Part shown: one piece after another, positions 26,068-37,620 of the stretch | Position numbering within the stretch: position 1 is the stretch's first letter | Layout of the letters: each line of letters begins with the position of its first letter | From: Eledone cirrhosa | Taxonomy: Eukaryota | NCBI GenBank assembly: GCA_964016885.1 | Contig: OZ024740.1 | Location: 147,932,001-147,996,000, forward strand | DNA length: 64,000 bases | Reading direction: 5' to 3' | Made by a program: the position numbers and the translations under genes | The notes under the pieces: model-generated | Told to the model about the DNA's origin: nothing | What the model saw: only the letters and a program-made list of their open reading frames with translations | Databases searched by the model: none

Positions 26068-26397
26068 TCATCATCATCATCATTATCAACGTTTAACGTC
26101 CGTGTTCCACGCTTGCATGGGTTTGGACGGGGGTAGTCCCACTTGAGGCAAGAGTGATTGTCTTGCTCGCATAGGACTGTCTGGCAGGTTTTCTACAGTT
26201 GGATGCCCTTCCTAGCACCAACCACATTTACAGTGTGGGTCTGGGAGGTTTTTACCGTGTTGCCTACACGGCCACATTACAGCGTGGACTGTGTGTTTTT
26301 TGTCGTGACACCTACACGATCTCATTTGTTTCGGCCTGGATGGTGTGGCACCAACATAACTTTACATAGAACGGGGTGGTGTGGATGGGGTGGGGGT
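26068..26397 (-). mobile_element. RTE family B 3'UTR-only insertion
   Basis: Reverse complement of the 8931-9212 element. (ATC)n on the plus strand at the left end. Confidence 0.85.
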
Positions 26398-26578
26398 ATA
26401 TATATATACATTATATATAAATATATATGATGATGATATATATATAATATATATATACATTATATATATATATATATATATCATATGCATATATATACAA
26501 TATATATATATACAATATATATATGTTATATATATATAATATATATATATTATATATATATAATATATATATATTATA

Positions 26579-29032
26579 TCATCATCATCATCATCATCAT
26601 CGTTTAACGTCCATGTTCCACGCTTGCATGGGTTTGGACGGGAGTTTTCCCACTTGAGGCAAGAGTGGTTGTCTTGCTCGCATAGGACTGTCTGGTGGGT
26701 TTTCTACAGCTGGATGCCCTTCCTAACACCAACCACATTTACAGTGTGGGACTGGGAGGTTTTTACTGTGTTGCCTACACGGCCACATTACAGCGTGGAC
26801 TGTGTGTTTTTTTGTCGTGACACCTACACGATCTCATTTGTTTCGGCCTGGATGTTGTGGCACCAACATAACTTTACGTTGAAAGGGGCGGTGTGGATGG
26901 GGTGGGGGTGGTGGGACGGGGGTGTGTTTTGTTAGAGATGCCTACTGACTGTAGTAGGTTTTACTTTGTATTCAGGTAAGGCGGGTCTTCTCTATTACTG
27001 AGTACCGCCAAAGATCTCGGTCCAGTGACATTGTCTTGGTGAGGTGTAAGTGTGTGAGGTCGGAATTTATCAGGTCGTCAAAGGTTTTTCTGGGTCTGCC
27101 TACTCCGTGGCTACCGTCTATCTTTATTGCCCTGCACTTTTTTATACAGCTGTCGTCTTTCAAGCGCATCACGTGACCATACCAACGTAGCCTTCTCTCG
27201 ACTAAACAACATCTGATCCCTCTTATTTCTAATTTTTCCCTTAGTTCGTTTATGCTTTGCCGTTCGCGTATATTACTATTACACATCCAGCGGAGCATGC
27301 AAGCTTCGTTCCTCTCTAGTCTGCGTATATCCTCTGCACACAATGCCCAGGTCTCACTGCCATGCAACATTGCTGTTCGTATGCAGGCATCATACAGCCT
27401 GCCTTTCATTTTTAGGGAGAACCCTTTAGTGGCTAATAGTGGTATAAGCTCTCTGAACTTTTTCCATCCAGTTCTGACTCTAGCTACTGTACTTTCAGAG
27501 CACCCTCCCCCACTGCTGATTTTGTCACCCAGGTAACGGAAGCTGTCCACTATTTCTATAGAACCCTCTGCGCAATTGAAAGAGCTAGTATTTTGTGGGC
27601 ACTTGCTGCTACTTATTGCACCAGAGCACCGGCCACATGTAAAATCTATGTTCTTAGTTAGCTTACCTGTGATCCCACTACATCTTTTATGCACCCATAC
27701 TTTGCATTTGGGACATAAAATGGAGTTTCTACCTACGCCTTTCCTACACACTGAGCATGGCCATTTCCCAGAAGGGACCGGCGCCTTATTTTCTTTCCTA
27801 CAAACTAGAACTTTAGTCTTAGCCAGGTTAATTTTAAGGCCTTTTGATTCTAGGCCGTGCTTCCATGTTTGGAATTTCTTCTCTAGCTCGGCCATTGATT
27901 CAGCTATGAGCGTTAGATCATCTGCGTATAGGAGTTCCCATGGGCAGCCAGTCTTGAACTCCACTGTTATAGCCTGAAGGGCAATAATAAATAGTAGGGG
28001 GCTAAGAACAGAGCCCTGATGAACACCAACTTTTACGCTAAACTCTTCACTATATTCGTTGTTAATTCTAACCTTGCTGACTGTTTCTTTATACATGGCT
28101 TGTATAGCTCTCACAAGCCATTCATCAACACCTAGTTTTCTAAGAGCCCACCAGATAATGGAACGGGGGACTCTGTCGAAGGCTTTCTCCAAGTCGACAA
28201 AAGCTAAGTATAGGGGTTTACTTTTAGCTAGGTACTTCTCCTGTAGCTGTCGTACAATGAAAAGAGCGTCTGTGGTACTTTTGCCTGACACAAACCCGAA
28301 CTGCATTTCATCTAGATCAATTCTCTCTCTGATTAGTTGCACTATTACTTTTTCCGTGACCTTCATGACCTGGTCGATTAATTTAATGCCTCTATAGTTA
28401 CTCCTATCTAGGGCGTCTCCTTTACCCTTGTAACAGTTAATGATGATGCTGCTACGCCAGTCCTTCGGAACAACCCCATTCTGTATGACTTGGTTTACTA
28501 TCCGGGTGACCATGGTGTGTCCCACCATTCCAGAGGCTTTCAGCATCTCAGCAACTATTTCCGAAGGCCCAGCCGCCTTACCCGTCTTCATATCTTTGAT
28601 TGCCTTACTTATTATACTACCTTCAACTAACACTGCTGGTCCCTCTATTGGGTCGATGTGGGGGAGACTGTCCTTCTCCCATTTATTCTCCTCATTTAGT
28701 AGTCTTTCGTAGTGACACTTCCAAGCTACCTTCTTATCAGCGTCAGTGATGGCAAGTACGCCATCATCATTTAGTACACAATTCTCCCCGACAATATCAC
28801 GGTTTTCCTTGACACATTGCCTAGAAATCCTGAACACCTCACGTTTTTGGTCCTCGCGTTGTAGAACATGCTTGAACTTTCTTTCCTCTGCTTCCCTTCT
28901 TGTGAAGTACACTTGTCTCCTAGCTTCCCTCCTGGCCACTTGATAGTCTTCTCTACTTCCCCCATCCCGCCATACTTTCCAAGCCTGCTTTTTGGCCTTA
29001 ACCGACTCCTCCACCTTACTGTTCCACCACCA
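26579..29032 (-). mobile_element. RTE-clade LINE (family B), young 5'-truncated copy with 3'UTR and (GAT)n tail
   Basis: Uninterrupted RT ORF, ~370 bp 3'UTR and (GAT)n tail. Both ends abut (TA)n tracts. Confidence 0.97.
26972..29032 (-). CDS. Reverse transcriptase portion of RTE ORF with inserted PHD-like zinc finger (no real start; endonuclease domain missing)
   Basis: WWWN...[13 protein letters not shown]...FVDLEKAFD...[10 protein letters not shown]...LLYADD...CSVC-x10-CPKC-x4-HKRC-x13-CGRC...FRYLG...RLRWYGHV, open to the stop at 26972. Confidence 0.9.
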   Translation of the reverse strand, partial: WWWNSKVEESVKAKKQAWKVWRDGGSREDYQVARREARRQVYFTRREAEERKFKHVLQREDQKREVFRISRQCVKENRDIVGENCVLNDDGVLAITDADKKVAWKCHYERLLNEENKWEKDSLPHIDPIEGPAVLVEGSIISKAIKDMKTGKAAGPSEIVAEMLKASGMVGHTMVTRIVNQVIQNGVVPKDWRSSIIINCYKGKGDALDRSNYRGIKLIDQVMKVTEKVIVQLIRERIDLDEMQFGFVSGKSTTDALFIVRQLQEKYLAKSKPLYLAFVDLEKAFDRVPRSIIWWALRKLGVDEWLVRAIQAMYKETVSKVRINNEYSEEFSVKVGVHQGSVLSPLLFIIALQAITVEFKTGCPWELLYADDLTLIAESMAELEKKFQTWKHGLESKGLKINLAKTKVLVCRKENKAPVPSGKWPCSVCRKGVGRNSILCPKCKVWVHKRCSGITGKLTKNIDFTCGRCSGAISSSKCPQNTSSFNCAEGSIEIVDSFRYLGDKISSGGGCSESTVARVRTGWKKFRELIPLLATKGFSLKMKGRLYDACIRTAMLHGSETWALCAEDIRRLERNEACMLRWMCNSNIRERQSINELREKLEIRGIRCCLVERRLRWYGHVMRLKDDSCIKKCRAIKIDGSHGVGRPRKTFDDLINSDLTHLHLTKTMSLDRDLWRYSVIEKTRLT

Positions 29033-29320
29033 TATATTATATTTATATAATATATATATTATATATATATAATATATATATAATATAATATAATATATAT
29101 ATATATATATATAATATAATATATATATATATATATAATATAATATATATATATATATATAATATAATATATATATATATATATAATATATATATATATA
29201 TATAATATAATATATATATATATATATAATACAATATATATATATATATATATATAATATATATATATAATATATATAATATATATATATAATATATATA
29301 ACATATATATATATTATATA

Positions 29321-29802
29321 TAGAAGTGGTTAAACAACAGTTAGTTCACCATACCAAGAACAATTGTTTCACCTTAGCGGGTCCTCAGCTCGTAATTGAC
29401 ATGGTTATACGGAACAGGAAGGACAACCGTACGAACGTGCATGCGCAGAAACGATCACTTCACACAGGAAATACTAAATTGCGTGCGAGAGAGGTAAGGG
29501 AGATAACTGTGAAAGTCTGAAAGGTTGATAAGAAAATTAGGATGTTGTTGTAATTCAATCCGGAGCTTTGTAGTTATGTAAGAGGTGTTTCCAGATGTGT
29601 GGACAACGTGTGAAGAATTCTTTTCTCGTGTTTAGGCAATCACTATTGCGTAATCTCTTTAGAAGTGATCATTTCTGCGTATGCACGTTCGTACGGTTGT
29701 CTTTCCTGTTCCGTATAACCATGTCCATTATGAGCTGAGGATCCGCTAAGGTGAAACAATTGTTCTCGGTATGGTGAACTAACTGTTGTGTAATCACTTC
29801 TA
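29321..29802. repeat. Fold-back element, ~140-bp inverted arms with ~200-bp spacer
   Basis: 29321-29461 versus 29662-29802 reverse complement. Flanked by TA-rich satellites. Confidence 0.9.
29731..29768 (+). ncRNA. Minimal type I hammerhead ribozyme motif
   Basis: TGAG-CTGAGGA-tCC(gctaa)GGt-GAAA-CAATTG-TT-CTCG with palindromic stem III ACAATTGT. Inverted copy on the minus strand at 29355-29392. Confidence 0.6.
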
Positions 29803-29869
29803 CCTAACTCGTCCCATGGACTAAGTGCTCTACCACTACGGATATTACCTTCCAGTCTTCTACCACTAT

Positions 29870-29877
29870 ATTATATA

Positions 29878-29908
<31 letters not shown>

Positions 29909-30401
29909 ATATATTATATATATATATATATAATATATTATATATATATACATTATATGTATATATATTATATATATTATAATATATATATATTACATAT
30001 ATACATTATATGTATATATATTATATATAATATATATATATTACATATATACATTATATGTATATATATTATATATAATATATATATATTACATATATAC
30101 ATTATATGTATATATATTATATATATTATATATATATTACATATATACATTATATGTATATATATTATATATATTATATATATTACATATATACATTATA
30201 TGTATATATATTATATATATATATAATATATATATATTACATATATACATTATATGTATATATATTATATATTATATATATATTATATATATATATAATA
30301 TATATACATAATATAGATATAATATTGATATATATAATATATAATATGTATATATGTAATATATATATATTATATATATACATTATATGTATATATATTA
30401 T
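29870..30401. repeat. TA-rich minisatellite (~45-bp unit containing acattatatgtatatat)
   Basis: Repeated tattacatatatacattatatgtatatatattatat units. Confidence 0.9.
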
Positions 30402-30402
30402 A

Positions 30403-31370
30403 CTAGTAGCAGTACCCAGCGTTGCCTGGGTAGGTAAAATAATATCTGCTTTGATGAAAAGGTGTTGATCTTAGCGACTGCTTCTCGATGACTCATCTAT
30501 GGCCACACACAGGCCATGCGGGGGAGGGTGGTGATGACCTCTATCACTGACAAACGCGGGTGACTGACTGAGGGGCATGCTGGAGGAGGGAGGTCTAACA
30601 CTAAGCCAAATTTTCTCACGCTACTTGATTGGAAACCGATGAATTCTCAAATACACAACTAAAAGCTCAGACAACGTCAGTGGCCATCGTTTTGCCTTTG
30701 ACCATCTATAAGATGTGCAATGATAGGTTCTATAGTAGTACGAACCAAATAAATTGATTTATGTGTGAAGTGGAGCCGAAGTTTCGAATTTGAACGAAAT
30801 TGGTTGAAAAATGTGGGAGCTAGAGCCGAAAAGGTTGTATTTTCGAATATTTAAGCAGCTGCCACGCCGTTCCTGAACAAAAAAAACGTGAAATAATCAG
30901 ATCTAGCGTAGTGTAAAATTTGAACAAAGTAGGTTGATTAATGTGGGAGCTAGAGCCGAAAAAGTGGAAATTTGTATCTAAAAGTGGTATTTTTAAATAT
31001 TTAAGTGGCTACCATGTCGTCCCTGAACAACAAATGTAAAATATAAAGCCATGACAGGATATGCAATCATAAATTCTATTTTGCTTTAAAATTTGAACGA
31101 AATTGGTGGCAAAATGTGTGAGCTAGAGCCAAAAATCTTATTTTTCAATTCCAAAAAAAAAGTGACCCCCCCCCCCCCTATCGATTTTTATCTGCAGAAT
31201 GACCCCGGAATAAAAAAACGATACACTGATATATAGAAAACACTCCCCGATGACTAATCTATGAGCCTGTAAAGTTTCATGAAAATCGGTTGTAAGATGT
31301 AGGCCCCTATAAGTAATACACAGACAGACAGACAGACACACACACATACTTAATTTTATATATATACAGA
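30403..31370 (-). mobile_element. Non-autonomous Helitron
   Basis: On the minus strand: A|TCTGTATATATATAAAA start with a (TGTC)n tract, 3' hairpin TACCCAGGCAACGCTGGGTA, then CTAG|T. Inserted between A and T with no TSD. Internal repeats (tgaacgaaattgg...gagctagagcc x3). Confidence 0.85.
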
Positions 31371-31665
31371 TAATATATATAATATATATATAATATATAG
31401 ATATATAATAATTAGCTGTGACAAAGACATGACAACCTTCCTAGTCTTGGTGTCATGATAAAATGCACTTAGTACGGTGAGGAATCATATGTGAATTGTG
31501 GGCTGTTGGCTCAAGTGAGCACACGGTTGAATGCAGGAATGTATGTAAGCAAGATACCCTATGTATAGGGTCAGCACCACTGCTAGTGTACCAAAGTGGT
31601 CTGCTGACAACCATTTCAACCCTTGCTAGCAGGGACAGTGGATGATAAACGATGATATATATATA

Positions 31666-31804
31666 TAATTGTTTCTACTTTTGGCACAAGGCCAGCAATT
31701 ATCCTAGTGCATTACAGGTACTTTATTTTATCGATCCCGTAAGGATGAAAGGCAAAGTTAACCTCAGCGGGATTTGAACTCAGAATGGCAAGGCCCGTAA
31801 CTCT
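31666..31804 (-). mobile_element. SINE family 1, 5'-truncated
   Basis: Similarity to 21341-21529. Confidence 0.8.
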
Positions 31805-32029
31805 GTGTGTGTGAGTTTGTCTCTACATTTTTTTTCTCTATCTGTGTTTATATCTCATTACTTAGTAGTGTGACAAGAAAGAGATCAGCAAAATAAGCAG
31901 CAAACATGAAAGAATAAGTACTGAGTGCTATGATCAACTATATCAAGGTTAACACACCAGTATAGCTGCAGTCAAGTGACTGAAACCAGTAGGGAAATAA
32001 ATGAGTTTTAGCATAGCTTACTAAGGAAT

Positions 32030-33260
32030 GAATCAAATTAGATGAGATTCAGTTTGCTTTTGTACCAGAGAAGTGTAATACAGATAGCCTTTTCTTAGTG
32101 AGATAACTACAGAAACGTCCTTAGCCACTATATCTAGCTTTTGTTGATCTGGAGAAGGCCCTTGACAAAGTACCATAATCTGTCATCTGGTGATCCCTAA
32201 GGCAACTAGGCTTGTGAGAGCAGTGTAACCCATGTACAGAGGATATTTGTCAGTAAAGTATTGGTAGGTAATAAGTTTAGTGACAAATTCAATGTACAGG
32301 TAGGGGTTCATAAAGGCTCTCTACACAGCCAACTTGTGTTTATTATAGTTTTCAATGCCATAACAGGGGAGTCTAAGACTAGCTATCCATGGGAACTTCT
32401 GAATGCTGATGACCTGGTTTTAAGCCAAGTTTGTGGACGAGTTCAAGAAGAAATTCTGGTTTAGGAAACAGAACATGGAATCAAAAGGGCTTAGAGTAAA
32501 CTAAGTAAAACTAAACTTTTAGTAAGCAGGAAAACAGGACCCTGACCTCATCACTGAAGTAGCCTTGTTTCATACATAGAAAAAGAGTAGGTAGAAACTT
32601 TATACAGTGTCCTCAATATAAATTTGGGGTACACAAGAGCTGTAGAGGGATAACAGGAAAGGTATATTTTGTATGTAGCAGATGCACAGAGATAGTTGGT
32701 AGTAAGAACATCAGTGAAATAAACTTTTCCCAATCACAGGAAGGATCCATAGAAGTGATTTATAGCTTCTGCTATCTAAGTGGAGGAAGTTGTTCTGAAA
32801 GCATAGTAGCTAGAATAAGAACAAGATGGATAATATTCAAGCAGCTACTAACTCTGTTGACAACAAAATGATTCTCTTTGCGAAAGAAAGGTTGGCTGTA
32901 TGATGCCTGTGTGCAATGTGCAACATTGCATGGAGATGAGACATGAGCAGTGAATGCAGAGGATATGTGAATCTGGAGAGAAATGAAGTGAACATGCTCT
33001 GATGGATGTGTGATGTTAATATGCATCAAAGCATGGATGAATTGGAAGAACAGCTGGGTAAAAGGGGAATCAGACAGTGTTCAGGAGAGATGGCTCTGCT
33101 ATTATGGATATATGATGTATATGTATGATGATAGTTAGATGAAAAAGTCTCAAAAAATCCCTGTAGAAGCAAGCTACAGGAAAGGGAGATGAAGAAAGGT
33201 CTGGACAGAGGTCATGTATGAGAGAGAGAGAAAATAAAGGCTTGAAGGACAGAAATAAAT
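32030..33260 (+). pseudogene. Degenerate RTE LINE RT relic
   Basis: Recognisable remnants LDEIQFAFVP, FVDLEKA, VGVHKGS, WELLNADDLV, GWLYDACV with many stops and frameshifts. Confidence 0.85.
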
Positions 33261-34689
33261 ATGGATGATGGTAAGAGACAGCAAGCAATAGTTATGATTG
33301 TTTATGACATATGTTATCTAACAACTTTTTATCTAGCCTTTGTAACTAATGCTATTATGTGAAGGTCACAGGCATTAATTAGTAATATCAAGAGTGCAGT
33401 AGTATTCATAAACTATATTAAATGCATGCTCTTTTTATGTTTGAAGAACAGGAAAGCAAAAAGCACAATTTATTTTGTAAATCAAATCCATATGGGTGAA
33501 TAGTCTCAATCCAGAAACCCCATTAGTATTTATCCTGAGACATTAAGACAATAAGGGAGAACAAGCGATGTGCATATCTCCCCTCAATCTACAAAGGACA
33601 CATTGAACAATATAGTTAATGATATATATCAAAAGCCAGGAAGATCTTAGATCATAGGTTTTCTAGATCAGAGCTGGCACAGATGTAACAGTAACAATCC
33701 AAAACCTGAGACTTTAAATTCATCAGTTTATCATTAATATGTTTTTACAAGAGGAGATATAATCATTCCTCATATTGGCAAAATATTATAATTTGTAAAA
33801 ATACAAATTGATTGAACCATGCACAGTGCATTATTTTTATTTACTACAGGTGATGAACCGCAAGACCAACCTGAGTAGGAATTTAAAACCAGAGCTTAGA
33901 AGGATGAAACTGAATATGGAAAAAGGATTTATTCAGTCAGGCATATGATTATTTCTGAAACACCATTTTTCTTTTCTTTTGTGATGATAAGTAGGATAAT
34001 GATATTTAGATATCAGCAAAGGGCCACAGGTTTATAAGAGAATAATATAATAAATTGTAATAATCAAGTATATAACTGCACTCCATTGAGACAAATTAGA
34101 GAATTATTTTTTCATTGAGATAAACCAACAAAAGTATGCTTCATACAAGACTGTTATATACAAAACAGAGCATTAATAATCACAAAAAGAAAAAGTGGGA
34201 GAGCATGTGTTATATTCTTTTAATATATATTCACTTATGAAACAGCAATGTTCACTGCAGTGAGATTGGGCAATCAAAACTGCTGATATCATGTTCTTTA
34301 TATTATTTATGCAGTGGCTTTTCACAATAAACAAAAATGTCTCTATATGTATTCTCACTCATGCCCTTTCAATTTTTCTCTATTTCACTATACTAATTTT
34401 TTCTTTATCTCTCCAGTCACACCTGCAAGCATAACAACTCTTCTTTTGCACTAATTATATATCATTCTTTTGTTTTCTTTATTCATCTCTATCTTAAAAA
34501 CAGGGGCTCTCTTTTATGCTTGTTGATATATATGATGCCCAGTCAACTTTATTTTGCAGAGAGTGGGCATTTCTTTTCAACCCTGAAACTGTTCATTGCA
34601 TTTCTTTTCACTTTCACTTATCTCTGACATATGAGCCTGTTATTCTTTCCAAATGTATAATCTTAGAAGAAAATTAATGAAGCGTGTCA

Positions 34690-34822
<133 letters not shown>

Positions 34823-35375
34823 GTGTATGAGTGTGTGCTCAGAGTGTGTTCTGTAAAGTGATTGGTATTAAGAAAGACATTCAGCTATAGATGCCATGTC
34901 AAAATTGGTAGAGAGGACCCAATTATGTCTGCAAAACGATTAAAGGTTTTTAACATATTTTTCAATTTCAGGGAAATATATATATTTTACATATTGACTT
35001 GTCCTTATAGTAAAAAATGTGTAAATTTATACACACATTTACACAGTCTTGGTTACCTTGGCTGTGTGCAGAGTGGAAGAGAAGGCAATTGTGGGTGAGT
35101 GGTTGCCCAAGGAAGTGTGTGGGTGAGTATGTGTGTGCATGTGGGGGAGGTAGTGGTGGCAGAGTTCGAATGGAGGACTAGGGGTTGGAAGTGTGAGTTA
35201 TGGTCAGCAGTCAAATAGGGTGTAGGGAGGGAGGTGTGGTGGTTGAGGGAATTTATAGATAATATGCTGGGTGTGTGAGAGATAAAGATTGTGACAATAG
35301 TCTCTGGCAGAGCAAATAGTACAGTGGTGTTATACACAGTGATGATGGTTGTGGTGAAGGTGATAGTGGTGGTGT

Positions 35376-35823
35376 TTAACCATTTACCATTCAAACTGGC
35401 CGTATCCGGCCAGAATTCTCTCACCTTTTTATGTTCAAACCATCCATAACTGGCTGCTCATACTGATGTTAACGTATTGTTCTCAAAATAAATAACATCA
35501 AAATTTCATAGATTCGATATTATGTGAGATTATGTAAGATAAAGCCTTTACCACAAAAATACAATAGTATATATAGAGTAATGTAAATGCTAAAGGGTTA
35601 ACCCTTTAACATTTGCATTACTCTATATATACTATTGTATTTTCACGGTAAACATTTTATTTCACATAAATATCTCAAATAATATCGAATCTACAAGATT
35701 ATGATATCTATTTTGAGAACAATATCTTAACATCAGTATGAGCAACTGGTTACAGCAGGTTTGAAGAGAAAGAAGTGAGAGAATTCTGGTCGGATATGGT
35801 TTGTTTAAATCCTAAGGGGTTAA
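35376..35823. mobile_element. Two inverted TTAA-flanked (piggyBac-type) MITEs sharing a central TTAA
   Basis: TTAA at 35376, 35598 and 35820. TIRs ccctttagcattt/aaatgctaaaggg. The halves are imperfect reverse complements. Confidence 0.75.
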
Positions 35824-36267
35824 AGTGATGGAGTGGATGGCAGATATATTTGTGTCTGAGTGTGTGTGTGTGTGCTCTTTGTGGTGGTGGTGGTAGTGTA
35901 AATATTTTTAAAAGAATCATAACAAAATGTTACCCTTAGAAAATAGAAAGATATGATAGTGGTGCATGAAAATGTTCTCTTGAGATGAGCAAAATGTATG
36001 CAAGGAGAATTACATTATTAGATGAAGCAAGAACAAATTCTTGCTCTGAAAAAAATCAAGACTAATATCCTTTTTAGAATGGTCGAACAATTTACAGCTA
36101 CCCTATATGGAATATGATATTAATAGTAGTAATATGATTAAACATAAAGATACCAAAGATATTGATAATAGTAAAAATAATAATGGTTTCTGATTTAGGT
36201 TCAAAGCCAACAATTAGATATATATAAATACTTGCCTCTTCTCCACCTACTACAACCATTACCAAGA

Positions 36268-36460
36268 GGGCGGTGGATTGACAGTATCAGTAGAGGGTTG
36301 GACGCCATGCTTTGCAGCAAAGAGTTACAGCCCTTTATGGTCTGAGTTCATATTCCGCCGAGGTTAATTTTGCCTTTCATCCTTACGGGGTCGATAAAAT
36401 AAAGTACCAGTAATACACTGGGATAATTGCAGGCCTTATGCCAAAAGTAGAAACAATTAT
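36268..36460 (+). mobile_element. SINE family 1
   Basis: Similarity to 21341-21529. Confidence 0.85.
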
Positions 36461-36995
36461 AAACTCACCCCACCTAACACACCTGCGCATATATGTGATA
36501 CTCTGTATAACTTTTCAAACGGTAATAAAGCTACTTATTATACAATCCTTACCGAGTGCTCTCCGAATTTTGGTCTTTGTATTTATCATTATTCCTACTA
36601 TTTTGATCTTTCGGTAGAGTACTCTTAAGACTTAAAACCACTATGCAGAAACAACACATACATATTTCTAGCACAAAACAGGAAGGCATACTAAAAATAC
36701 TCATCCAAAACTCTGATTCATTCCTAAAAAGGGTGCATTGGCATGCAGGATAAAGCTGAAATAAGGGGACCACCAGGATAAAGCTGAAATAAGGGGAAAA
36801 ATTTGGATTTAAAACTACAATAACCCTCCAAACAACCCAGCTTTATTAATGTTTGGAAAGGATGTGCTTGAACTACATATACAAATACAAATATAGATAT
36901 ATATACACACACATTTATACACACACATATATATATATGTGTGTTTGTTTGTACTGCCTCTCTGTTTTGTTCCCGTTCCATTTTTCACATTTTTC

Positions 36996-37330
36996 ACGCA
37001 GTAATACAGAGTACCCGACCTCCCATGGGTACAAGCTGAAGCATATAGACAATATGCCCCCACACACCCCACCGCAAGGTGGTCGTGGAGGTGCCACGGC
37101 AAAAAAGCACCCAGCCCACACTGTAAAGTGGCCGTGTAGACGCCACGGAAAAAAGCACCCAGCACTCACTGTAAATGAGGTTGGTGTTAGGAAGGGCATC
37201 CAGCTGTAGAAATCAAGCCAAAATCAGTTCCTGTATGAGCAAGGCATGGTCAGCCGACCAGACACTGCCCACAACAGGACTAACCCATGCTAGCATGGAA
37301 GAACGGACGTAAAACGGTGATGATGATGAT
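36996..37330 (+). mobile_element. Short retroposon / LINE 3'UTR (family C)
   Basis: Second copy of 25634-25988. Tail-only pieces also occur at ~50513-50637 (+) and ~58096-58153 (-). Confidence 0.8.
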
Positions 37331-37424
37331 ATATATATATATACACAGATATATACGTATACATATATATATATATATACTTATAAATACATATATATAT
37401 GTGTATATATATATATACATATAC

Positions 37425-37470
<46 letters not shown>

Positions 37471-37620
37471 ATACATATACTTATAAATACATATATATAT
37501 GTGTATATATATATATACATATACATATATATATACATATATATATATATACATATACATATGTGTATATATATATATACATATACATATGTGTATATAT
37601 ATATATACATATATACATAT

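Noticed and set aside
30760-31135. Spaced direct repeats superficially resembling a CRISPR array
   Set aside because: Eukaryotic context, irregular spacing, no cas genes, and located inside a Helitron.
32400-32420. CTGATGA matches in RT relics (also ~50308, and 25563 on the minus strand)
   Set aside because: They are codons of RT coding sequence (e.g. ADD) with no stems or GAAA, so not hammerheads.
37287-37620. N-terminal 112 aa of the 578-aa ORF
   Set aside because: A chance in-frame read-through of a family C tail and microsatellite into a 5'-truncated RT, not a real fusion protein.
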